Positions 15,354-29,500 of a stretch of DNA of 64,000 bases are shown piece by piece. Position 1 is the stretch's first letter. Every line of letters begins with the position of its first letter. This stretch comes from Auanema rhodensis (lineage: Eukaryota > Animalia > Nematoda), in contig OZ059900.1 in NCBI GenBank assembly GCA_964057225.1, forward strand, positions 7,068,001-7,132,000, read 5' to 3'. Made by a program: the position numbers and the translations under genes. Below the pieces are notes generated by a model that had not been told where the DNA came from, ran no database searches, and saw nothing but the letters and a program-made list of their open reading frames with translations.

Positions 15354-18184
15354 TAACTATATCTAATAGTTACAATTATAACTAATTATATATATATATA
15401 TATAACACAGTTTAGTATTAATAATGTAATTACCAGAGATCTCGCTTGTATACTGTCCACTAACTATATATCTTTTCCAATAGTTAGTGTAATGAATTTC
15501 TATGTTATGTTTTACTTTCCATGCAATGATTATTTATGATTTTTTTATATTTCTCTCTTTTTACAATTAGCCTTGTGTTCATTCGGTGGTTCTAAATAGC
15601 ATTATGTTAACCTGATTTGAATCATCATTATCTGCGTATTATGTCTTTTTTTTACTTTTTCTTTAAATTTATTGTATATAAATATAAATATGAATATTAA
15701 AATTTGTAATTTATAATTTTGTTTTCATTTTTATCTTTCAAGCTTAGTTCAGATTAATTATTAAGTTAGATGACATTTCATCCTTTCCACTCAAATAAGT
15801 AATGTTCATAAACTTCTATTATACCAGTAAACTGCTCACCTGAAAATCTTATAAGTTTATTTTTATATTTTTTCTGAACATCTGCTGTCGGTAAAATCAA
15901 TACAATACCAAACTACTTATATTATATTGAAACACAGTTAAGATGTTATTTCATACAAAGTATTATATGACGCCATTCCAATAGACGTGTTTCATGTAGT
16001 TTGTAGTATAACCACTTGAGAGTATTTTCATTCTTATATCAAAAATAGAAACAACATGAATATATGAATATGTGAACATCTGCTCAATCTAGGCATGCAG
16101 TCGGCATAGTCTGATGTACTCAAGTAGTAGATTATGCTACTTGAGTGTGAAATACAACATGTTACATCTGAGTAAACAATATGTGCTAGAATGCACATGC
16201 GGATGCTCTTTATAGCTTAGCGTGCCAATAGGACGTATTAGCGTCAATGAGCAAACTATAGGTGGCAAAGGGACAGTAAAAAGGTAAGTCTTACTACCTT
16301 ATACATACAGATCATACATAAATTTATATATTTGCCTAGTAGTTATAGTCAAACAACCCGATAGCGATCAGCTAGAAAGGACACCTCTTCAAGGTAGTTA
16401 ATCGTTTGTTATTTTAACATTTATGTTGTTTGTTTAGGTTTTTGTGATGTTGCCAAAAGTTTTGTCTAAAAGAAACCGAAACAGAAATGTAGATGAGGAA
16501 ACATATATTTGTAATAAATACCTAATAGCAGATGAGATCCACATTATCAATTATTGAAGGGGTAAGTTTTCATAACTATCAAACTTATTTTAATTATTAT
16601 TTTTTTCAAAATATTGTATATATCTAATCGCAACATTCAGCTTTTTTCTTAATACAACAGGCTGTTTTCAGTTTTGATGTCAGCCGCACAGACGAGAGAG
16701 ATATTGCAATTTTCAGATTAAAATATCTTGGCGGTGGGCGAACAGAAGCAAGGTGGGTTAAAAAAAACTTTTTTTATCTTTCCTCTGTCCGTCTGTTACT
16801 CCACATTTTTTTCATTGATTATAAACAGATGAGTAACTAAAGACAAAATATGAAATATAACGGATATTTGAGAGACGTGACCGGTGTGGGATAAAGAAAG
16901 ATAGGTTTTGGGTGACTTTATCTTCAAATATAAGCTATCTGGCATTCTGCTCTGTTGGATAGGGTCTAAGCCTAAAATGATTTTCTAAATAAGTTGCCGA
17001 CAAGATCAAAATGATTGGCAGAAAGCGTTGCCATCTGATCGCGGACAGGTGTGTGTCAATCTCGAAAGACCATTGACCGAAAGAACTTAGTGATATGACT
17101 TCTGTCAGCCAGGCAGCTCATTTGCCATTGTCATTTCAAGCTAATCAATTATATTTATGATATTGAACAAGTAAATGATGATATATGATATGAAGATTTA
17201 CAATGAATAATGAGTAAATGAGGTGAATATTAACTGTTTTAGTTTATGAAACAAATATTTCATCTCACTCTCTTCAGAATTAAAAAATTAAATATAGTAA
17301 TCAAGAGAAATATCGGTTTACATAGTTGAATTTTGTTCACTAATTATTTCCTTGTATAGGCTTAAAACTTCTGATATTTCTCTTTTCCTTGTGCTCCTTC
17401 TCTCTCTACAGCAGATGTCTCCTCATTCAGGACGTATGACAACAATTTCTTTCTGTTATAACAAACTTTTCTCCATTCTCTGGGGTTGCCAAAGCGTTTA
17501 GAGAGATTTAGTCTGCTGACAGAGAAAATGTAGTATATTCTGAAGTCAGATGGAGTGTCAACCAGATGCTTTTAGTTGTATCAAGTGTATTCGGTTGTTT
17601 AGCTCATTCCAAGCATTTCTAAAACTTTGTTATAACATTTTTGATCCATACCAGGATTAATTGAAGAAAATTCTGGCAAACAATTCTAATTTGGCGCGAA
17701 AGCAAGAAAACATTAAATACACATTGGGAGTTTTTCCTTCGAGATTTAAATAACATATGTCAAGATATTTCTGACATTTATAATTTTTTCTTTTTCGATG
17801 AAATAAAAACAAAAAAAAATAATAAAGGAAGAAAGGGGTTATGGAACGTATGTGTGTGTGTGTATCTGTGGGTGTATGTGTGCACGTTCGCATGTATATG
17901 TGGAAGAGAGATATTTGCAGAAATATGCTTGTGTACTTGGAAACATAATAATTTTGAAAAATACTGTGAAATGTTAATGAATTGCAAAATATCAATCATA
18001 TTATTTAGGATTTTCATATAAAATACAATTATGAAAGAAAAAGTGAGATAACAGACATTTTCAATTTTCTAACAGTGTTGAGTATAATCCAAACGTGAGA
18101 GTGAAAGCTCAATATGAACACAATTTTTGTTTTTATGACTATTTTATCTAAGTTATGCAATAATATGAATATCTATCAGTATGA

Positions 18185-20202
18185 TCAGTTTGTTTGAACA
18201 ACAGTTGCATTTGATGCTTCTGGACGCTTTGGTCTTTTTCTATTTGGATGCCGTCCTTTCAGCTAAAAGTGATAATTTTTGTATTTGTTTTTCAAGAAAC
18301 ACTATATAGTTAAAAATACTCACACATTTACGGGATGTTACTGGATATTGATCAGCCATATCACGATAGAATGCCTAGAATTGATTATAACAACATGTTT
18401 TCTAAATAATTATTATACCCATAGAGCACGTTTAGCTTGATACCAGGTACGTCCTCCTATAGCCCTAGCAATAGGAAAACGATGAATACCTTCATGAGAA
18501 TTAAATACTTCAGGTACTATAGCAAACTTATAACCAGCACAGCATAGATGCAGAGCCTAGAAATACAGCAACCTTAGATTTTCATTTGAGAAAGTTAGTC
18601 CAAGTTCCCAGCTTACCAATGAAACATGATTTTCTTTCCCATACAGAATGCGTTCATCATGAAATGGTATACTCTTGTGAGCTACAAACATTGGTTCCCA
18701 ATATGTTGTCTTGGATTTCTTGATATTTATCACTGTTTTAATTTCATCTCCTCTAGAATTGAAAAGGTTAGTTCAATTATATTTTTTAATTTAAATAATA
18801 TATACCTATAATCCATCCATTTATTTAAATTTGGCACCCAATGACCAACTCTCCAAAAAAACGAATGAAATACGTAAACATCATCATGATATCTTGTTTT
18901 CAATTCATCTAAATTTTTTGGTGCGCTGAAAGTCATTAAAATCAAACAAGCAGAATGTATTTATATCATACTTTGACGCTGTTTTATGCTCAAATCGTCT
19001 TATAGTTAGAGTCAAGTTTTTGTTTTTTATGTCATGTATCTCAATTAGTTTTCGTAGTTTAGCCTCAGCGCCTTCAGAAAACTCCTGTTCCATGTCAGCG
19101 TAGAGGAAGTATTCCGAGTTGTCAACCTTAAAATATGTTGTTCATAGTGGTTTGCTGAAAAAATTAAAACATTACCATTCGAGCAATGTTTCTTGCTGTA
19201 TTTACTGGATACAAACCAGATGGAGTTCGGAATTTAAACTTTTTCAATCGTTTAGACGTATCACATGTTTTTGGTGACTTAATTTCTGTAACAGTTTGAC
19301 TACATGTGTAATATACGCTTACGACTAGAACCAACCAATTGTGACGATTGGACAAACGGAATCCGGATATGTATTAGCCACGAATATGTGTGCAGCCAAA
19401 GCATTTTTTAGCGGCAGATTACAGTTAACCATATCATATATCTGGATAACAAAGATATATTTGCACAGACATGGATGAAAAATGATTTTTCATTCAAAAA
19501 CGTTTTGTTGATATGTAGATGAACATGAATTCTCGGGGTCATGGAAAAGGTAATATAACTCATGCCTTTTGAACTGTGTTTGGAATTCCAGCTGTATCAG
19601 GCTTCCTATCATTAATACTTGAAGAAGAAAAAATAGCTAAAGAGATGCGGCCATCCCAGCTCTTAGCCATTAACAACAAATTATCTCCTGAAAAAAGTGA
19701 GATTATTTAGCTCAAGATTTTCAAGTATGAATACCAAAATAATTAGCTGAGGTATGAAGAATCATGGGTAACTTGAATGCACGATGCTGAGTTTTGTATA
19801 CATTTGGATATAAACAATAATTATTATAATTCTGTGGTTTTAATGTTTTATTATAAGGCTCAAATGTAGGAATTTTTGTATAATTCAATGAAAAGTGCTG
19901 AAATATTTTACATATTTTTCAAATAATATAAGTTGACAAGCATACTTTGTCCTTAAACGATTTATCATAATCGGCCATAAACATTCCTACGGATTCGTTT
20001 TGAGGTATGATATCAGCTGTTATCGGAATTTTGATATTTTTACCTAGTTCTTTATCTGGGGTTGGCTGACACATCATTAGTTTTAGTATTAATTTTGTTT
20101 ATGATAGCAAACCTTATAGCTCATTCCTAAATTTGAAAATCTAAGGCATGTGGCAAGCGCAAAAAATATTAAAACGATTAGATGTGATATTTGTAATCTC
20201 AT
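18185..20202 (-). CDS. GT49-family glycosyltransferase (nematode bgnt-1 / B4GAT1-like), type II membrane protein
   Basis: Spliced minus-strand model: N-terminal signal anchor MRLQISHLIVLIFFALATCL, then ILHTS...WDGRISLAI, YPVNTARNIAR, YFLYADMEQ (DxD-like), LHLCCAGYKF...HEGI. These match motifs of nematode GT49 proteins. Stop TGA at 18187-18185. Confidence 0.78.
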
Positions 20203-20882
20203 TGATGTTTTAATCTGTGGAGCAGGTCAAGCTGAGAAATGTAATTGAAAAACAGCTTTTCTGCTATTTGATTATTTTAATTCTTCTTCTATCCAAGTAT
20301 TGCCTTAATTGTGAAATTAATGTTCTCGTGCAAAATATTTAACAACTACGGAATTTCGAAAATGAATGAAATAACTTCAGTGAAAGTAACTACAGAGTGA
20401 ATATGAAATAAGTGATGGATTATCTTTCATGAGTCTGTTGGTTGAGGAAAAGCAAAAAGAAATAGCAATTTCCATCATAATAATACGAAATACAAGAAGA
20501 ATTGTTTGATAAAAACGATTTATAGATATTAAATGAGTGGAAATTAAACAGACATTCTCATTTATTGACGTGGAATATAATTCGTTTTGTTTGTACATTT
20601 TCTTTTGCGGAATATTAGAAAAAGAGCAAGCAATATAGAATAGCTAAAGGCAATATTAAAACGTTTTTGGAATCTGTTCCCAACATGATTTGCCAATGTT
20701 TTTTTTGAGTTTTGAGCCTAAGACATATCAGTCAATAATTTATAAATAACAGTTGAAACAATCGTTTTTATAACAAATATAATAATAGATTGGAGTTCTC
20801 ACAAAACTTACAAAAAGTTTAACAAGGTTTAAGAAACACAATATTTATAAATAACCTAAAGGGAGAAGATCTTGATGGGAAT

Positions 20883-20927
20883 TTAGTTGGGAAGTTAGTT
20901 GGGAAGTTAGTTGGGAAGTTAGTTGGG
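20883..20927. repeat. 12-bp tandem repeat (TTAGTTGGGAAG) x ~3.75
   Basis: Read directly; lies just downstream of the MFS transporter stop codon. Confidence 0.9.
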
Positions 20928-21100
20928 CATGACAATATGCATAGGAAAGGTTATTTGAAAGAGGGATATACGACTTTCTTTTTTTTCAACTGTATTAATT
21001 ATGAGAAGTTGCGTTAAAGTTATTGAGAATTGTCTTAAACACCTATTCTTTACTTGAGAAGTTCTAGAGAATAGTATTTTACACATAAGAACTGATGATC

Positions 21101-23850
21101 TTAAATGGCGTCTACATTACTTTCCTGAGAATTAGATGAATTGATTAAGGCACTGTTTCTGGTATGCTGACGTCGGCGAGATTCAATATGGAAAAATACA
21201 ATAAAGATCAAGATGAGTGAAGTGACAATAGCTTGCCAAGCTATAAATGAGTCTGAAAAAGAATTTAATTTATATAAAAAGTTCTACACAGGATGCGGAA
21301 AATTAATTGAGCTGTTCGCTTACATTTGTAGTTTTTAACTTCTTGAATGTTTTCATTATTTAAAATGCATGTTTGAATGCCTAATGTGTGAGGATCAGCA
21401 TCCTGAATGACTAACTGGGTAATTGCTAAAAATATAATTCCTTCTATTTGTCTATAATTAATTCAAATTAGTAATACGTTTTATTTAAATAGTAGTACCC
21501 AAAGATCATGATGAATCCTGAGGATGTTGCTTCAGCAATAGGAGTTGTTACAGTTACTCCAGCATTAAGACCAAGGGGATAAACAGGGAAAGCAAAAAAT
21601 CCAAACATAGCAATGGATATTGCAATCCATGTTTTTTGATTTTCATAATTAATTGCTACTGTTAATGATGCAGCTGCTAAACCAGCACAAGCAAAACAAA
21701 GTTTCATTACCTGAACAATGTTATTTATTAAAACATTTGAAAAAGATCTCTACACTACCAATTCAGTTTTTTGAACTTTGTCATTGATTCCACATACAAT
21801 AAAAGTTCCAACAATTCCAGTTAAAATGAGCACAGTCCCCATTATTCCGTTGAATATAGGAGAATAACCCTACCAAAAGATATTATAGTGGTGAAAGCCT
21901 AACGCAACGTACTAGGGAACACATAGCAGGTTGAAGATTGCTGTATAATGCGCTAAAAGCTCCAACACCACCACCTAAAACGAGAGAATAGAACAACTGA
22001 GTTAATTGAAAATCATTACCTATGCAAAATGCAATGATAAGAAACCGACGTGATCTGAAGCATTTTTTCATTCCTTCCCATGTTGGAGTAACATTGGGTG
22101 GTTCACAAACCGGAGTTGGAGGAACAGAAGAAGTGATGATAAACGATAATGCGGCACAAAGTATTGCAAAAGCAAGACATGCACCAGTCTATAATGCAAA
22201 TGATAGTTAGTATAATTAATATATTATTTCAAAATTTTATATTTTAAAGTATTTTTAATATGTACATTTTTATCAACTTGTCGTTGATCATTCATAAAAC
22301 ACCACTGAACGATGAATCATTGTTGAACATTCGCTTTATTGAGCTTTGATTTTCATATAAATGCTTCATACACTGTAGTATAATATTATTTAATCGAATA
22401 TATAGTTTTGCTTATCACGATATAATTCTAGCTTATCGCAACCCCTCAAGACTTTTTTTTTACAAACCTCTAGTGATTTTTTTTCTAAGAATCAAAATAA
22501 TAGACAATGACCAAGATCTTTGTTTAAGATTCTGAGATGTTGTAAAATTTCATGCCTTTTTTGCTACAAGACCTGATCATGATGTCATACCGTTTCAAAC
22601 CAAAATTGATTAATGACCTAATCAATCACATGTTCAAACTTTTTTTTGATAATTTTCATTCACTAACTATTAAAATGAATGAACCCATTGTGTAAATTTT
22701 GCAAATATCAAACGTATAAATAAAACGTACAAGAGCAGCAAAATTGTCTGGATGACTTTCATTGACAAACAATGGAGCTACTGAGAACATTACAGCAATT
22801 CCGAGTGGATTCAGTAAACTAGCACCGGTAGCTAAATCACGTTGCTTTTCTGGGAACCAAATTGCAGCTACTTTGGTTGGAAGTACCAAAATGAATGGCT
22901 GAGCAAATGCAGCAATTGTTTGTCCAGACATAACAATTGGAAATCTGAAAATGTTCTTCAAGAATTTATCTCAATAATGTTTAACGATATTGCTCTTACA
23001 ACTATCATATTTGGGAGATACGTTTTGTTATAATATTACTTCAGTTGAGAACAAGAAGTTCATGATTTTAATAAAAACGAAAAACCTGTCTAGTCTTGCA
23101 TCTAAATAAAGCACAAAGAACTATCATTGTCTTAGCGAACAAATTGTCATTAAACTTTCTCGAATATTAGATTGAATTTGTTTCAGAAGTCAGTTTTTGA
23201 AACTTTTCGTTGTCAATATAAAAACTGTTCTAGAAGTTATTGAATGATCATTATCTCTATTAGTTTTTTACCGTCTGATTGTCTGAGAAACGTCATTATC
23301 AGTAATTCTACAGTTCACTGCAGTAGTTTTTTTAATGTGATAAGTCTACCCACCTCCAGTTTGGACTCATCCATGGACCAGAAGCGACAAACCGAAGAAT
23401 GTTTCCCAGCAAATTTGTCCAAATTCCGATATGAAACTGAAAATTGAAATTTGTATAGTTCTTAAAAGTACTTCACGTTTAAGTTCCCCTGCGGAACTAA
23501 AATAAAACGACTTCAAAATATTACCCCTAATCGGAGCCCGTATTTATCAGTTAACCACATTGCCAGAGGTCCAACAAAAATAGCCAAGACCAGAAAAATA
23601 GCATTCATACAGAGAGCTGCATTTTTATAATTGTAGAAATCATTTGTATAAAAATTGATTGAAGCAAATGTGATCCAAGTCTATAGAAACTATATAAAAT
23701 ATCATCATAAATAAAAAAAATGTGAGAAATCCTTGATGAAAATCCCAAATGACTAACATTTCCATTAGAGAAGTTAATAAGAGCAGCAACTAGCAAGTAA
23801 AGCAATCTTCGTTTATAGACTCGATATTGCGGCTGCTCCCCTGTAGACAT
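21101..23850 (-). CDS. MFS transporter, SLC49 (FLVCR/MFSD7/DIRC2-like) family
   Basis: MSTGEQPQYRVYKRRLLYLL...NFSN (YxVYxRRW-like start), TDKYGLR, GQTIAAFAQPFILVLPTKVAAIWFPEKQRDLAT, SVPPTP, VTTPIAEATSSG; multiple hydrophobic exons. TTTGCAG acceptor just upstream of the ATG; stop TAA at 21103-21101. Confidence 0.88.
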
Positions 23851-25522
23851 TCTGCAAATTGTCAAAGTATATAAATGAACGAGAAACAATCAAAAAAGTG
23901 ATCTTGAAAATGAAAATTGACGATTAGACTTGACAGCTTATAGAATAAAATGCCTTTTTTTAGTTCCTCATTGATAGTATATACAAGAGATAGATATTAA
24001 TCCATGATGTATTATTTCTTATCAAAGATAGGTCAGACTAACCCGAAAATTCGTTTGTTTTTGCTTCTTCAAATCTGAATTTTATTCTACTGCAGCTCAA
24101 AAAATTGGACTCTGCCCTGCAAGTCTTTTTCCAAATTGTAATTAGAGTTGATCTGTGTGTTATCATTCAAGGAAAATTGGTGAACAAGATATTGAAAAAG
24201 AGGAAAAGTGAATGAAAAAATGAGTGCAAGGTTGAGCAAACAAATACAAATTGTTGAAGTAAATAAAGAGTTGTTAATAAACAATAAAAAAGTGTGCGAA
24301 TATTTTACAATGAGTTCAGAAAAATCATAAAAATTGGTTGATATAATGCATGAACTACAATTCAAAAGCTTATCATTTGGTGATAGTGAGTACTTACAAC
24401 AATCCAGCATATTAACAAGATAATTTATCAATTATTTGATAATACATATGGCGAAGCCGCATTGTAGACCAGTGTATATTAGAATTGATAAGAAAAATAT
24501 TTATGTACACGAGTGGCAGGTTATGGCTTACTTCTTTTCAATCAATATAATAATGTTTGCTTTCTTATTATACAAGTATAGGAAGGGCATGCGAAAGTGC
24601 AACTTTCATACGTGTATCGACAAAAGAACAAGACCAATTCAATATAATTCAGTTTGCGAGAACAAATCAACGATAATAGGCATAATTTAGTGATTAAGAT
24701 CGAAAGCACAAAAAAAGCTGAAGATTAAAGCATAATTCAAGAAAATAGATTGGGAGTTAATCAATACAATACGATTGATTAGAAAAATGTAATCACTGAA
24801 CAAAGTCATAAAATTTTGTGCATTTGAAATACATACGTGGAGCCAGAAAGCAAGTGATAACTGAGTAAAAGTTTAATTTTTTCGAATAAAAGGAAATGTT
24901 GATAAGAAACTAGTATGCAATTACATTATATTTGCTGCAAGTATCTAGTATTGCCATGGTAAAAGAATGAATATTGTAGCAGCCAATAACTTTGAATTCG
25001 GCAGGCATGACTAGCAGAATGTGTTCATAAGATGACGCCCAAATTAATAACATAGCGAAACGCCAAAAAATCTATAATCGTGAGAAAGATTGTGTTGCCA
25101 AATAATTAAAATGAAGAGCTGTAAAATTGTTCTAACTAATATCTCATATCTACAGAAGGTGCTATTTCACTTTCTTTTTTTATGAATGGGACACTTCTTG
25201 CTATTGTATGATACTACATTCAATTGAATACAATCATACACGGTTTTTATGATTATTGCGATTTTCGCTCACAAAAAGCAAGAAAATGACTAATATGAAA
25301 GAAAGAGAAAGGCATTATTCAGAGATTCACATAAACAAAACAATTTCGCATACCTATAACAATGAATAATTTCACCATTGGACTTGATATTGATAACTGA
25401 AGCTGAATATACATAACAAGTATTATTCTTATTATTTCACCATGAATACTTGAAAAAATAAAGAAACTGAATGAATTCGAATATGCTCAGTTTTTAATTT
25501 TTTTTTTATTATAAAAGCTCGA

Positions 25523-26540
25523 ATATTCTGGAATGTTTAAATATTTTAGGATAATAGCTTGCAATAAAGATAATTAACAACACAGCTTTATTCAAATTGA
25601 TGCGACTCGCGATATGAAAAAGATAAACAAACAAATAGAGTCATTGCAGTGAATGAAAAAAAAATGAATTAAAGAGACGAGAGCTCAATTTTTTTATTTA
25701 GTAGCAATGAAGTCAGAAATGATAAAGTGTGTCAGTCACTAAACATTTTGTGACTAATAAACATTTTTCCAATGTTACAGATAACAACAAGAAATTGCAC
25801 AACAAATAAGTTAGTATGAAATAAAAAAATACATATAATGGGGCAAAGCTAAGTGTTGAGCACACTATATTCATTATATTAACACTGCGATCAAACTAGA
25901 TATACTTAAAGTTATGAACTTATTAGATCGTACGTTTGTCGTTTTATGGTTGCACATTTCGTTGTTATTCAAAAAGATAAAAGCTTTCTATTTTTCGAAC
26001 AGTCAAAATTCACTATGTGCCATTAAATTCTTAAAACGAAATACATATTCTGAATGTTTGAATATTTCAGAGTAATTGCTTGCAATAAAGATAGTTAACA
26101 ATATAGCTTTATTCAAATTGATGCAACTAGCGATATGAAAAAGATAAACAAACAAATAGAGTCATTGGAATGAATGAAAAAAGTGAATCTAGTAGCCCAA
26201 AGAGAAATGGTGTTATATAGTAGCAATGATATCAGAAATGATAAAGTGTGACAGTTATAGTGACAAAAAAACTTTGTGACAAATAAAAAATTTCCGAAAA
26301 GTTACAGATAACAGCAAAAAAATGAATGACAAATAAGTTACTAAGAAGGAAATAAGATAAATACATATATTGGGATTAAGCTAAGTGTTGAGCACACTAT
26401 ATACATTATATTAACACGGTGATCAAACTAGATATGCTACTTAGTTACGGTTACACATTTGGTTTTCATTCAAAAAAATAAAAACTTTGTATTTTTTGAA
26501 CAAATAAAATTGTTTTCACTATGTGTCATGAAACTCTTAA
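25523..26540. repeat. Diverged tandem duplication of a ~500-bp non-coding unit (copies ~25523-26034 and ~26045-26540)
   Basis: Collinear shared blocks, e.g. GCTTGCAATAAAGATA, AGCTTTATTCAAATTGATGC, GCGATATGAAAAAGATAAACAAACAAATAGAGTCATTG, AAGCTAAGTGTTGAGCACACTATAT, GATCAAACTAGATAT, TTCACTATGTG. Confidence 0.9.
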
Positions 26541-29500
26541 TATATAAGGCTTCTTTCATATGAGATTATTAAATATGCCATATAAGAGAGATTAAGGATT
26601 TATAAGAGTTAGATTATTGTTTTCAGCTTCAGGTTTGTAGAAAGACGGCTGATATTATTATAAATGGATAAATTTATTTTAAAAATTTTTATTTATGCAT
26701 TATATCTCTAATACGTGTTATATGACGCTCACATATTCGTTAGTTTTCTGAGCACAATGAACTTTTAAGCTACACTGAGCTTCAAAAGATTATAATGGGT
26801 AAACTGCTTTTTCATGAACAAAAGTTTTGAGAATTAGAAATTTAAAAAAAACTTCAAATCATACGTGATGAATATGAGATTATTTGTTAATCCTGCTCTT
26901 ATATGAATTCATTTGTTCTGATTATAATAAATTTCGTTCTTTCTGTCGTGTAGTTCTCTTGTTTTACTTGTGGAAAATTTATGACAGCTTGTACATATAT
27001 ATTATAGCTAGTATTATAAAAATTTCTATTATAACGTTTCAAAGTTTGAACTTTGTACTTAATTTTATGTTGGTTGCACATCCTCCTCACTTCTCAGTAA
27101 TTATATTTCATGATTGCTTATACAGCCATAAAAACTGTCTCCGATGGGATTAAGATTATTTGATTGGCTTGCCTAACCAAATACAAATAAGAAAATTTGC
27201 TTCAACAGCATAACAACAAGCCTTGATTTATACATATAGTGAGTTGGGAGTCAGTTGAGCAATCTCAAATTTAATTTCTTCACACACAAAATATTTCAGA
27301 ATTTATTTTTATACAATTCAATTTTCAACATCGATATGCTTATCATTTCGATTACACATTATAGAAAAACTGTTGAGCTTGTGTAGTATTCTTGTTTAAT
27401 TTTTTTATATCTCTTTTTGGCTTTTTTGATGTTACTGAGTCCATAAAGCAATATGAGAAAAAGAAATTTAAAAAAATTGTTTCTGAGATAGGTACTGTAT
27501 TATATCAAATACGTAGGCAGTGACAAGATTGCGTAATAATAAATATTATTTAATTTCAACTGTTTATATAATGATATATATTTTTTTGTCTCTTTTTCAT
27601 GTCGTATGCTTTTCATTCGTATGCATTTTGAAGATATTGAACTCTAATTTATAAGACATCAGTAAATTTTAGCATATACATATATCAGATTACTGGATAT
27701 ATTCATCAATAACAGCTAACATTAAGTGTTATCTGATACAAGTAGATAGCACTAGCAAATGGCAAGTGACAGAGAGCCATCCATTGCATTGCGAGAACAC
27801 ATCTCTTTGCTATCGCTTTTCCTTTCATTTTGCATTCCCTGTCCGCCACTTTGTCCTCTACCGGCCAGACAGCTCTCAGTTTTAGGATGTATATGCTCCA
27901 GATTATATCTCAATTCTCATTGTCCAACATTGTGGTAATAATATTAATACTATGCAGTGGTATTTAGTAAGTCCTTCCGATAGTCATGTATTTCATAATT
28001 CAAGCCTTGTCGTTTACTTTTAGTCAGAATGCAGAAATTCTTACATTAGTACAATAGCATTATATATTCAAATATCAGGGGCTCTTCATTTCTCACTTCA
28101 TCTGCTCTCACTGCTTTGTTATTAAATCTGATTGACGCATCATAGTAATGTTCTATCTTCGTTTATAAAAATATTCTTTCAAAATTATAAACAAACTGCG
28201 ACTCTTGTTCGTCTCTATTTTTATTAGAAATTTCATCTTTCGATTCAAATAGTTTAGAAATATTTTGTTGTCGTTATCAAACTTTTATAGTTTAATCAAC
28301 TACATGTTTCTTCTTTTTTTAGTCTTCAAAAGAACTTACTATCACTTGATTTCCCAAAACTTGGTTTTCAATTTTCTAAACTTTTTTCAATACACTATAA
28401 ATAAACCGAAAAAAGTTCAGAAAATGAAATTATGGTAAAAAGGGAAACTGGGATGTGCACTTGTGCACATCTGAAGCATACTTTACGTAAACCTTGTAGT
28501 ATCTATCTTAGATTCTGATAACTAACAATATTTTTCATATGACAGGAATTGGGCAAAACGATCGAACTTGATCAAAGACGAGAGAAAAAAAGCACGAATG
28601 AGTCAAAATATGAATAAATTTCATTCCAAGCGTTTTTTTTTAAGTTTGCTAATATTTTATAGTGAATATTGTCCCGTTTCTTTTAATAGATTTACTCGAC
28701 ATGAATTTCTTCAACTTCGCAGGTCGTTTTTCGTCTTTATCCCGTTCTTCTTTTTTTCTTTCTCTTTCACTCTCTCTCTCTACTTGTGCACATGTGTGGT
28801 TTCCCTCTATAGCTCCTTAAGTGCTAGAAGCTTAACGGGCTCGTTTCGCAAATTGTGTTGCAATCTGCCATTTTGTAAGTGTGTCCTTAACTTCGTTGGG
28901 CGCCTTCGTCATTCTTCTCTCCGCAATTTTTCCACGCATTTCTTCCATCTCTCTCTGTCATTCTTTCCGTCTCAACCTCTGTTTCTATACTTTACTCTCT
29001 CTTGCAACCTTTTCCGGCCAATTCGTTCTCTCTCTATTTTATTTTCCTTTTCTGTGCTATTCTTTACCTCTCTTCAATCACTCTTTCTCATCTTCGTCTT
29101 TCAGTTCATCTTAATACCAAAACTCTGTCAGAGAAAGCATTTTTCATTATTTGCCGCCAATTCAGAGTCTTTTCCCGTAAGCTGCTTAGGGCAGCTGCCC
29201 TTCAACGATCAACTGTCTTTTCTCTGTTTCCTGGTTCTCCTACTTTTTTGGCAAGTTCCATTCTCATCTGTTGGTTATTAGATTGAAATGGCTTCTACTG
29301 AAACTCTTCGGATCTCTTTCTCTTCATTATATAAAAGTATGACATAGCTACAAACACAATTCCTCACGTGCCTTTGTAGACAACCTTTCTACTATTCTCA
29401 TGACACTTTGAATGAATAAATGCTGAATTTAAGCTGATGAATAAAACTTCCTTATTTATCTACATATAATTACTTTTGCAACATTTTTCTAAGTCTCATC

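Noticed and set aside
16117-16147. 12-bp hairpin TACTCAAGTAGT...GCTACTTGAGTG downstream of fkh-2
   Set aside because: Too short for a pre-miRNA; no other support.
28568-29286. 237-aa ORF and overlapping ORFs on the + strand
   Set aside because: F/S/L-rich products of a pyrimidine-rich low-complexity tract that is open in all three frames; no domain or splice structure.
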